Assembly: GCA_965217585.1 (NCBI GenBank)
Contig: OZ244561.1
Coordinates: 6,048,001-6,112,000 of the forward strand
Direction: 5' to 3'
DNA length: 64,000 nucleotides
Source: Candidatus Latescibacterota bacterium
GTDB lineage: Bacteria; Latescibacterota; UBA2968; UBA8231
Shown here: piece after piece, positions 37,210 to 44,991 of the stretch
Numbering within the stretch: the stretch's first letter is position 1
Layout of the letters: the number at the start of each line of letters is the position of its first letter
The notes under the pieces: model-generated
Told to the model about the DNA's origin: nothing
Database searches by the model: none
What the model saw: only the letters and a program-made list of their open reading frames with translations
Translations under genes and position numbers: made by a program

Positions 37210-37467
37210 GGCGGCACTCCTTTCGGTAGCAACTCAGTTTGAAGTCGGCGTCGGTGGTTTGCCAGCCGGATAGAGCTCAACCAATCCTTCCGGCGCATCA
37301 TTCGCCGCTTTAGATGCAGCAGGGGAATCAGAGGAAGGAGCGGCTCTTTCGAGCAGGAAAAGACGAAAAGGCAACAGAGTAGGGACCAACACAAACCGTG
37401 CGTGGGGGAACTTCCCGCATATAAGGGGAGGAAGATGGGGAGAGCCGAGCTTTGTCCACTTTAAGCC

Positions 37468-38934
37468 CTAACCGACAATAGACGAGCGCAACCAGACCAA
37501 GTACGCGGCCAGATAGGTGAACACCGCAAAGAAGCCCAGCGCAACCAGATCGACGACGGCCGAGCTAGCTAACGACGCCGTGGAGAGGTCTTCTGCAAAC
37601 ACCGGTATCTGCTCCAGTTCTACCTTTTGCGTGGACAGTCCGTTCTTTACGAACGGAACGTGCAGGCTGCGCGAGTCTGCCCGATCTATGGCGAGGAGAC
37701 TTTCCTCGAAACGCTGTGCATAACTTCGGACTTGATCGATGAAATGACGATACCGCGGTAGGCCAGTACCTGCCATTGCCTCCATCGCGTATTGATAGGC
37801 TCCCATGGGAGAAACTCGGACGATGTTCTGTGCTAAATTGACCTGTTGTACCCGACGCCGCAGCAGGGCATTTTCTAATTCTTGGTGGTGAGTACGTTCT
37901 GACTGCAATGCGCTCGAAAATTTTTTAATAAACGTAGGATCGAGCCGATTGTCCTCCATTGCCAAGTCGAAAGCATACCCCCGAATAGGATGCCAAGTGA
38001 AAGTACCGTCGCCGTGCTCGTACACGTACTTGGTGTGTTCTAACTCATGTACCTCTTCGTGGAATAGCTCGGCTATGGTCTTCCCCATCTGCGGCCACAG
38101 CAAAACCATACTCACCCAGACGAAGAGCACCGTCGTCAGACTGACCCGCCGACTGAGACTATGCACCGATATGAGCAGCCCCAGCGAGGTACAGCCCGCT
38201 AGATAGACCCCAGAGATCAAGACCATGACAGCTATACGCACTGCGTGCGAAAAATCCAGCGACAGATCGGCGAGCGTCAATACAATTAACAAATTGAGGG
38301 TCACACAGAGGAGTAGTACCCCGATCAAGACTATCATCGCACCCCAAAATTTGCCCCACAGCAGCGTATGGCGCGGCAGGCTGTTGGCCATGACTAGCTT
38401 GAGGGTACCGCTCTCCTTTTCGCCGACAATGGCGTCGTGGGTAAACAGGAAGGCGGTCAAGCTCAGCAAGACGCCGATGATGAAGACCCAGTCAATGGTG
38501 ATAAAGGTAGAGAGTAGCGGAGCATCCTTTAATTCGGTAGGAAAAGATAGAATCCACGGCCAATAAAAACCTTTATCAATGAGCTTACCCCCGATATATC
38601 CCATTAGATAGATCCCGGACGTTCCAGAATCCGCTTTGTCTGGTAATTTGTTGTCGGCGAAACCGGCACAAAATGCCAATTCACTGGGTTTTTTATAAAG
38701 CATCCCAGGACCTTCGAGCAGTAGCTGTCGCAGGCCTGCGGCACCATTATCGCGCAGCCTTTGGTGTTGCTGCGACATATTTTCTCTATATACATCTCGC
38801 TCGAATTGGTAGGTACTATGGACGAGGACGAGCGCATTGAGCACCATCAAGCCGACGCACAGCATCAGTGCTAGGCTAAACCGCAGGCTTTGGATATGCG
38901 CGATGAATTCCCGTTTGATAATAGTCGTCAGCAT
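37468..38934 (-). CDS. ABC-2 type permease with large extracytoplasmic loops
   Basis: TIIKREF, DAIVGEKESGTLKLVMANSLPRHTLLWGK, VSPMGAY. Confidence 0.88.
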   Translation of the reverse strand: MLTTIIKREFIAHIQSLRFSLALMLCVGLMVLNALVLVHSTYQFERDVYRENMSQQHQRLRDNGAAGLRQLLLEGPGMLYKKPSELAFCAGFADNKLPDKADSGTSGIYLMGYIGGKLIDKGFYWPWILSFPTELKDAPLLSTFITIDWVFIIGVLLSLTAFLFTHDAIVGEKESGTLKLVMANSLPRHTLLWGKFWGAMIVLIGVLLLCVTLNLLIVLTLADLSLDFSHAVRIAVMVLISGVYLAGCTSLGLLISVHSLSRRVSLTTVLFVWVSMVLLWPQMGKTIAELFHEEVHELEHTKYVYEHGDGTFTWHPIRGYAFDLAMEDNRLDPTFIKKFSSALQSERTHHQELENALLRRRVQQVNLAQNIVRVSPMGAYQYAMEAMAGTGLPRYRHFIDQVRSYAQRFEESLLAIDRADSRSLHVPFVKNGLSTQKVELEQIPVFAEDLSTASLASSAVVDLVALGFFAVFTYLAAYLVWLRSSIVG

Positions 38935-38941
38935 GGTCCGT

Positions 38942-40450
38942 TCACCGCATAATGTCGTAGCGAGAAAAGAGCCTTATTACGGCAAGCCAAGTTAGGCCCG
39001 CATAGATAAACAGAGACAGGAGGCCCGGCGCAATTCTACTTAGCCGTTGAGAGAGGGGTTCACGGCGCTCCGCAAAGACAGGAAGATCGCTGAGGTCGAG
39101 TGCCGATCTCTTAGCTGATCTTTCCTCGGGACTCATACTTGATGCACCTATAAATTCCATGCTCCCGAACGCCTCGTGCGCCCTTAAATAGTCCAAGAAT
39201 TGCTCTCGGTACTGACGAGCCTGATTGACAAAATCGTAAAAAACGCCTGCATCCGTACCGGCCAAGCCGCCAGTAACCTCTAGATAGGCCCCCGCCGGCG
39301 TTATCCTCTGCAACTGGGCGTTTAGGTAGATGAGCGACCGGGGTCGGCCCTCCCAAAGAGAACTGCAAGCATGCCAAACTTTTTGGGCATACTGGAGGCG
39401 TAGATTCTCCCCGGCCCTCAGAACGTTTAAGAAGTCGGCTATACGGGCATCCTTCCGAATCGCTCCGATCTGGAAAGACGGCGTGCTCCCACCGCTATAC
39501 CCAGACCCATTACTGACCAAGTATATCGGGGGGTAGGTACGGTCCATACCCGCCGTACGCACCAAGTCGTCAGCCTGTTTTTGGTGCTTGCTCCATAGTT
39601 CGTCTTCCATTGCCTTGGCTTGCTGGGCATCCGCTTGCCGATGGTACTGCTGATTGACGAAAAATGTAACACTGCTCGGCAGGATAATCACCAAAAAGGT
39701 CCAGATGAATAGGCTGTATATCAGACTCGTCGAAGTGTTGTGGGTGTAGCACGAAATGGCCATGCCAATCAGGTAGAATATGGCTATGTAAAACAGGGAA
39801 GCCATCCAAGTCCCGATGAGGCCTACCCAGTCGGCCTCTGTAAGCTGGACGTGCTCAGAAGCAATAAAAAAAATTACGAGACCGAGAAAGCCCAAGAAGA
39901 TAGGTATATTGAGGAGCGTAATACCGCCCAAGAATTTGCCTATCACGACCTGCATTCGGGAGACGTTCGTCGTCAGCATCAGGGCTAGGGTGCCGTCTTC
40001 TTTTTCTCCTGAAATAGACTCGCAGGCAAAGAGAATGGCCAACAGTGCTAAAAAGATCTGGATGACATGAACGACATCCAATGCACCTATTATGGCGAGT
40101 AAAGGATTACCAGTGGTCGCTAGGGTATGCTTATCGGCAAGGTAGGGTATCTCGTATATCTCAATGGGCACTACGGAGCTCTTTTGCTCGGTGTCGCCTC
40201 GATCAAAGACTTCCAGCGGACTCGGCGTGCGGACGACCTTGGTCCGCAATTTGTGGTAGCTATCTATCTTGCGAAGCTCGTCGGCCGTTTCTGCGACTAT
40301 GCGATCCTTCTCTGCCTGTGCTCCTTCGTGACTTGCTATTCGCAGCAGTCCAATGACCCATATAAGCGATACCACAATCAGGGTACAGTAGATAAAGCGC
40401 CGACTGGTTAGCTGCTCTAGCAACTCTTTTTTCCAGATGGTTTTTATCAT
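38942..40450 (-). CDS. ABC-2 type permease with large extracytoplasmic loops (paralog)
   Basis: TIWKKEL, ESISGEKEDGTLALMLTTNVSRMQVVIGK, ITPAGAY. Confidence 0.88.
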   Translation of the reverse strand: MIKTIWKKELLEQLTSRRFIYCTLIVVSLIWVIGLLRIASHEGAQAEKDRIVAETADELRKIDSYHKLRTKVVRTPSPLEVFDRGDTEQKSSVVPIEIYEIPYLADKHTLATTGNPLLAIIGALDVVHVIQIFLALLAILFACESISGEKEDGTLALMLTTNVSRMQVVIGKFLGGITLLNIPIFLGFLGLVIFFIASEHVQLTEADWVGLIGTWMASLFYIAIFYLIGMAISCYTHNTSTSLIYSLFIWTFLVIILPSSVTFFVNQQYHRQADAQQAKAMEDELWSKHQKQADDLVRTAGMDRTYPPIYLVSNGSGYSGGSTPSFQIGAIRKDARIADFLNVLRAGENLRLQYAQKVWHACSSLWEGRPRSLIYLNAQLQRITPAGAYLEVTGGLAGTDAGVFYDFVNQARQYREQFLDYLRAHEAFGSMEFIGASSMSPEERSAKRSALDLSDLPVFAERREPLSQRLSRIAPGLLSLFIYAGLTWLAVIRLFSRYDIMR

Positions 40451-40495
40451 TTGTCGGAGCGAAAAAAGGGGGCTTTGAGCAGAAACAAAACGCGG

Positions 40496-41491
40496 TTACA
40501 GTAAGTTAAAGAAGTAGGTATTTCCTACTACTATTCCTACACCAGAACTATAGAATACTTCCAAGTGATTCCATATCTTCTTGTCTTGGTCCCACATCAA
40601 ACGAAAAAACGATGGTGTGCGTCCTAGTCCATTAGGTGTAATAGGTGGTGTAAACTCTGGTGGTAGTGGCGGAACTGGATTAGGTGTAAACTCTAGTGGT
40701 AGTGGCTCCTCTACAATGAATAATATATCCGCACAGATGATCTTCTCCCCTGCCTCTAGAAGTGCTGGAAGTTTATCACTTAGTCCTATCGAGTAAGAGC
40801 TATCTCCCCTAGGTAACATTCCTCGGTCAGATGCTAGACGTAAAAACGTCGGTGTCTTTTGCCCTAACTCAAACACCCTAAAGCCACTGTCGTGGAACGA
40901 TACATTTTCTATAAAATACTCCTTGTTGTGATTTCTTAGCGCATCTTTATGCATTGAACGAAACAGAGGTAATGCACCTTCCTTCAAAGCGGTCTCAGCT
41001 CTCGCTCTGACATTATCAATCTTTTTTTTAGATGATTTCTCTATTTCTTCTTCGGTTAGTATAGTACCGTCTGGTCTTTGGACGATGAAGCTTGGATTTC
41101 GGGCATTTTCCTGGACTAAATTAATCAATTTCAGACTTTGAGCTATATATCTTTCCTTGTTAAATCCTGCTCTCAGATAAAAGACTGAAGCCAAGCTATC
41201 ATTACCCGACTCGGAAAACGCAATGAGGTACTGACGCAACCAGTCTCTCAAGCCGCGCTCTTGCTCCAAGTCCATGGCCGTTTCCAATTTAATGGGTATA
41301 GCGTCAATCGCTTGGTCCAACTCCTCGCCTTTTTGAACCTTAATCATCTTAAGGCCGTTTATGTAGTCGTTAAACTCCTGCATGTTTTCTTGAGTAAAGC
41401 CGCCATACCCCCCTTCTCGCGCTTGACTCGGCGAGGATATCGAACTTAGGCCGATAATAAGCGCACTACAAAATAGCATTAGCGTTTTCAT
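40496..41491 (-). CDS. Secreted hypothetical protein, homolog of 9120-9932, AT-rich
   Basis: SD AGAGG before ATG 41491, signal peptide MKTLMLFCSALIIGLSSISSPSQA; visibly lower GC. Confidence 0.8.
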   Translation of the reverse strand: MKTLMLFCSALIIGLSSISSPSQAREGGYGGFTQENMQEFNDYINGLKMIKVQKGEELDQAIDAIPIKLETAMDLEQERGLRDWLRQYLIAFSESGNDSLASVFYLRAGFNKERYIAQSLKLINLVQENARNPSFIVQRPDGTILTEEEIEKSSKKKIDNVRARAETALKEGALPLFRSMHKDALRNHNKEYFIENVSFHDSGFRVFELGQKTPTFLRLASDRGMLPRGDSSYSIGLSDKLPALLEAGEKIICADILFIVEEPLPLEFTPNPVPPLPPEFTPPITPNGLGRTPSFFRLMWDQDKKIWNHLEVFYSSGVGIVVGNTYFFNLL

Positions 41492-41613
41492 AGCAAGCCT
41501 CTCTATGTGGTTTTGATATGTTTGATAGAGATTAGTATCCATAAGTGAAAATCCCGCAAAATCGCCCGATTCTACTGATATTCGTTTTAGCTCAACAGCT
41601 TCTTAATTCGGTG

Positions 41614-43557
41614 CTAGAAAAAGCGACTCCAGAAGCTCCGCTTTGCCGAGCCGCCGCGATTGACCAAATAGCGGTCGAGGTTCTCTTTGCCGATGGGCTG
41701 GTGTACATTGATCAGGCCGTACACCCCCCCCATCAGCTTCCCGTCGTACACGTACAGCGCTACCGTATTCTCGCCATCGCGCACCACGTGGTCGCTGATA
41801 TCGAGGATAAATGGCCGGTTCCACTCGTGATGCTCGCCGACCCAGTGGCCGTTGACGTACACATAGGCATCCTTATCCACTCCGCCGAAAGCCAGATGCA
41901 CCGGCCGGCCCTTCTTTGCGTCCACCTCAATCCGGGTCCGGTACCAAGCCCCCTCGTCATATTGGGCATAACCTTGATTCTCCCAAGCCTGTCCAATGCT
42001 GATATCGGCCCATTCCGAATCGTCGAAGTCCGGGTTAGCGTACTCGCGGTGCCGTTGAGGGTCTAGCCCTCCCACATCGAGGCAAAATTTCCACTGCATG
42101 GGCACCTCGGCTACCGTCTGGTGGGGATAGGGGATCCGCGGGGTCCGGTGAGCATAGCTACTATACTGCACCCGTATCACTCGCGGCCAGTCGTGCCCTC
42201 TGTATACCATATCCAAGCGCCCGCCTCGATTGGCGGCGAAGTCGTCGGTCTCCACCTCGTTCGTGGGCTGATGCACATTGATCAGGCCGTACACGCCTCC
42301 CATGTTCGCCCCGTCGTACACGTATAGTGCCACGGCATTTTCGCCATCGCGCACGACTTGGTCGCTGATATCGAGGATGAACGGCAGGTTCCACGCGTGG
42401 TGCTTACCAACCAATTGGCCGTTGACATACACAAAGGCGTCTTTATCCACACCCCCGAAAGCCATGAGCACCGGCCGCACAGAATCGGCCGCCACAGTAA
42501 AGGTGGTCCGGTACCAAGCTCCCTTGTCGTAGCCAGCGTAGCCTTGATCTTCCCAGGCCCGTCCAATGTCAATAGTAGCCCAATCCGAATCGTCGTAGTC
42601 CAGGGTAGCGTAGTCGCGGTGCCGTTGTGGATACGCCCTGTCCACCTCAAGGCGGAATTTCCACTGCATGGGCACCTCGGCCACCTCTTCATGGGCGTAG
42701 GGGACCACCGGAGGCGTGTAGGCGTAGTCGTAGTACCGCTGATCCGATCCACCCTCTAAGAAGTGTCGAGGCCTAGTCCGCTCGAAGCTGAAGCCTTGCC
42801 GCTGGATGGTCTCTAGCTGTCGCTCAAGTTGTCGCTCGGCCTGCTCCATCTGTCGCGCGGCCTGCTCAATTTGCCGCTCCATCTGTCGCGCGGCCTGCTC
42901 CATCTGCCGCTCGGCCTGTTCCATCCGCCGTTGGGCGGCCTCTAACTGTCGGCGCACCTGCTCGTCGATGAACACCGAGTCGGCACCGGTGCCCCGCTTG
43001 GCCTGCTCCATCCGCCGTTTAGCCCGCTCCGTTAGCTGCTTGACTTGTTCCAGCTGCCGCTTAGTCTGCTCCGTTAGCTGCTGCTGGATGGCCTCCATCT
43101 GCCGCTCGGTCAGCTCCGTCTGCCGCTTAGCCCGCTCCATGATCTGCTGCAACTGTCGGCGGATATAGGATTCAGGGGCAGTGCGGTGGGACGGTTCCTC
43201 GATCACTGCCTCGCGCTGGTGGGTCGATCCCAGACGCCGTGCCGCCTCCGCCCCCACCTGTGGCTGGTCGGGGTACTTGTCGCGTACGGCTTCGTACGTC
43301 TGGCGCGCCTGGGCGAGCCCCAGCTTCTCCTGGCACACCCCGATGCGTAGCTGCGCCCGGGCCGCCATGCTCTCGTCTGCCTCGCCCTTCTCGTGGGCCT
43401 CAATCACTTGCTGGTAGAGGCGAATGGCCTCCTCCAGATTGCCCTCGCCCTTCTCCTGCGTGAGGGCCGCCTGATAAGTTTCCTCGACACTACTGGCCAG
43501 CAGATTGCCGGCACTCAGCAATACGCAACTGAGGAAAATCGCGATAACGCGCTCCAT
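41614..43557 (-). CDS. Secreted TPR + Q/E/R-rich coiled-coil + two GH2 N-terminal-like sugar-binding domains
   Basis: Signal peptide; EAIRLYQQVI..AARAQLRIGVCQEKLG; QMEQAAR repeats; two near-identical domains WKF..YDDSDW..GAWYR..FGGVDKDA.VYVNG..G.H..W. Confidence 0.82.
   Translation of the reverse strand: MERVIAIFLSCVLLSAGNLLASSVEETYQAALTQEKGEGNLEEAIRLYQQVIEAHEKGEADESMAARAQLRIGVCQEKLGLAQARQTYEAVRDKYPDQPQVGAEAARRLGSTHQREAVIEEPSHRTAPESYIRRQLQQIMERAKRQTELTERQMEAIQQQLTEQTKRQLEQVKQLTERAKRRMEQAKRGTGADSVFIDEQVRRQLEAAQRRMEQAERQMEQAARQMERQIEQAARQMEQAERQLERQLETIQRQGFSFERTRPRHFLEGGSDQRYYDYAYTPPVVPYAHEEVAEVPMQWKFRLEVDRAYPQRHRDYATLDYDDSDWATIDIGRAWEDQGYAGYDKGAWYRTTFTVAADSVRPVLMAFGGVDKDAFVYVNGQLVGKHHAWNLPFILDISDQVVRDGENAVALYVYDGANMGGVYGLINVHQPTNEVETDDFAANRGGRLDMVYRGHDWPRVIRVQYSSYAHRTPRIPYPHQTVAEVPMQWKFCLDVGGLDPQRHREYANPDFDDSEWADISIGQAWENQGYAQYDEGAWYRTRIEVDAKKGRPVHLAFGGVDKDAYVYVNGHWVGEHHEWNRPFILDISDHVVRDGENTVALYVYDGKLMGGVYGLINVHQPIGKENLDRYLVNRGGSAKRSFWSRFF
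42790..43160 (-). repeat. Imperfect coding tandem repeats (coiled coil)
   Basis: Recurrent CTGCTCCATCTG(T/C)CGC units encoding RQMEQAAR / RQLEQ / ERAKR. Confidence 0.75.
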
Positions 43558-43634
43558 GATGGACCTCCTTGTTTAGGTGGGTGAATGCGCGGTTGTGCGC
43601 TCACCTTTGAACCTAAACGCCTACATTATCCGAG

Positions 43635-43654
43635 TTGTCATGGTTTTGTCATGG
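43635..43654. promoter_or_regulatory. Direct-repeat box with 11-bp period (candidate OmpR/PhoB-family binding site)
   Basis: TTGTCATGG at 43635-43643 and 43646-43654, about 80 bp upstream of the 43557 start; OmpR-type regulator nearby. Confidence 0.6.
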
Positions 43655-43746
43655 ATGTGCAAAAAGATTGTACTTTTCGGTCTGCACCATCGGCGCTTTG
43701 TGCGCGAGGTCCTCGCCGCCGCCCGACCGGACTTTCAAAAGGCATC

Positions 43747-43995
43747 TCAGGTATATGTTTTGGTCGGCATCTCGATATACTGATCGGGTTCTTCTTCTTT
43801 GTCTTGGATGGCGAAAAAGCACCGTTCGATCTCCTTGAGTACAGCGGCATCGTAATATACCATGCCGCAGTGGAGGCAGACTTCGACCGGGGTGTTGGGC
43901 ACCAACAGATATTGGCCTTGGTGACTGTAGAGGTAGTCGATTCGCCGATCTTCGCAGCGTTCGCTTTCGCAGAAGTTGCACTTAGCTTTCTTCAT
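43747..43995 (-). CDS. YgiT-type zinc finger protein (MqsA-like antitoxin N-domain)
   Basis: CNFC...VPNTPVEVCLHCG. Confidence 0.85.
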   Translation of the reverse strand: MKKAKCNFCESERCEDRRIDYLYSHQGQYLLVPNTPVEVCLHCGMVYYDAAVLKEIERCFFAIQDKEEEPDQYIEMPTKTYT

Positions 43996-44302
43996 GATCT
44001 TGCGCTCCTCGTGTCCACGGATCGCTAAACTTTGGTGAACGGGGAATGTAAACTGTGATCAGGGAGACCTTTTCTCTGCGCCAGCCACAGACGATGTGGA
44101 TAGGCAATTCTCCTGCAAAACCTACTATCAAGCAACTCTCTCCGCGCCCAGTATCGGGATAGTGCTCGAGGATTCCTCCATTTAATAGAGCTTGTTCGAT
44201 CTGCACAAAGGTCAAGTCTTCTTCTCGGCGCTCAATCTCAGCGTGGTGCGTATAGACGTATTGAGAGCGGCGAATCTTGGCCCTGATTTCTTCAATAATC
44301 AT
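43982..44302 (-). CDS. DUF4258 domain protein (putative RelE-like toxin)
   Basis: YTHHA, ILEHYPD..RGESCLIVG, PIHIVC, ITVYIP; start re-assigned to ATG 44302; overlaps the zinc-finger gene. Confidence 0.85.
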   Translation of the reverse strand: MIIEEIRAKIRRSQYVYTHHAEIERREEDLTFVQIEQALLNGGILEHYPDTGRGESCLIVGFAGELPIHIVCGWRREKVSLITVYIPRSPKFSDPWTRGAQDHEES

Positions 44303-44310
44303 AACTGACG

Positions 44311-44991
44311 TTACTCCATAAAGCGGTATCCGACTCCGTGTACCGTGAGGATGTGGCGCGGCTGGGCTGGGTCGGCTTCCAAGCGGTTGCGCAATTCGGC
44401 GATGTGGTTGTCCACCGTGCGCGTAGTGGGGTACACTTCGTAGCCCCACACCTGCTTGAGGATCTGCGCTCGGGTCAGGGCGCGGCCCTTGCTCTCCCAT
44501 AGGAGGCGCAGCACGCCAAATGCCTTGGGGGACAGATGCACGGCCTGGCCATCCACGGTCGCCTCGTAGCGGTCGAAGTCGATCCGCGCCTTCTCGAACT
44601 CCAGTACTGTGCCTGCGGCTGATGCCAACTCTCCCCGCCGCAACACCGCTTTGATCCGGGCCATGAGTTCGCGGACGCCCACCGGTTTGGTGACGTAGTC
44701 GTCGGCCCCTAACTCTAGGCCCAGGACTTTATCGACCTCTTCGCCGCGCGCCGTGAGCATGATGATGGGCGTGGTCGCTCCCTGCGCACGCAGCCGTCGG
44801 CACACTTCGTACCCATCCATCGTGGGCAGTATCACATCCAGCAGAATCAGGTCCGGCTGCCAAGCCAAGGCCCGCTCCAACCCCTCGGCCCCATCGGCGA
44901 CCGCCTCGGCCTCGTGGCCTTCAAAGATCAAATTATCGACCAGCACCCGGGCGATGGCCGCTTCGTCCTCTACGACCAGAATTTTAGGCAT
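44311..44991 (-). CDS. OmpR/PhoB family response regulator
   Basis: ILVVEDE, LLDVILP, LGADDYVTKP, RTVDNHI, TVHGVGYRF. Confidence 0.95.
   Translation of the reverse strand: MPKILVVEDEAAIARVLVDNLIFEGHEAEAVADGAEGLERALAWQPDLILLDVILPTMDGYEVCRRLRAQGATTPIIMLTARGEEVDKVLGLELGADDYVTKPVGVRELMARIKAVLRRGELASAAGTVLEFEKARIDFDRYEATVDGQAVHLSPKAFGVLRLLWESKGRALTRAQILKQVWGYEVYPTTRTVDNHIAELRNRLEADPAQPRHILTVHGVGYRFME

Larger units (their letters stand above)
33314..41602. mobile_element. Candidate non-autonomous transposon carrying an ABC/TolC export operon
   Basis: Left end TTA|GAAGCTGTTGAGTTA, right end TAGCTCAACAGCTTC|TTA: 14/15-bp terminal inverted repeat plus TTA direct repeat; no transposase inside. Confidence 0.6.

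Noticed and set aside
42790-43160. Repetitive DNA considered as a possible CRISPR array
   Set aside because: Repeats are in-frame, imperfect and lack unique spacers; they encode a coiled coil. No cas genes in the window
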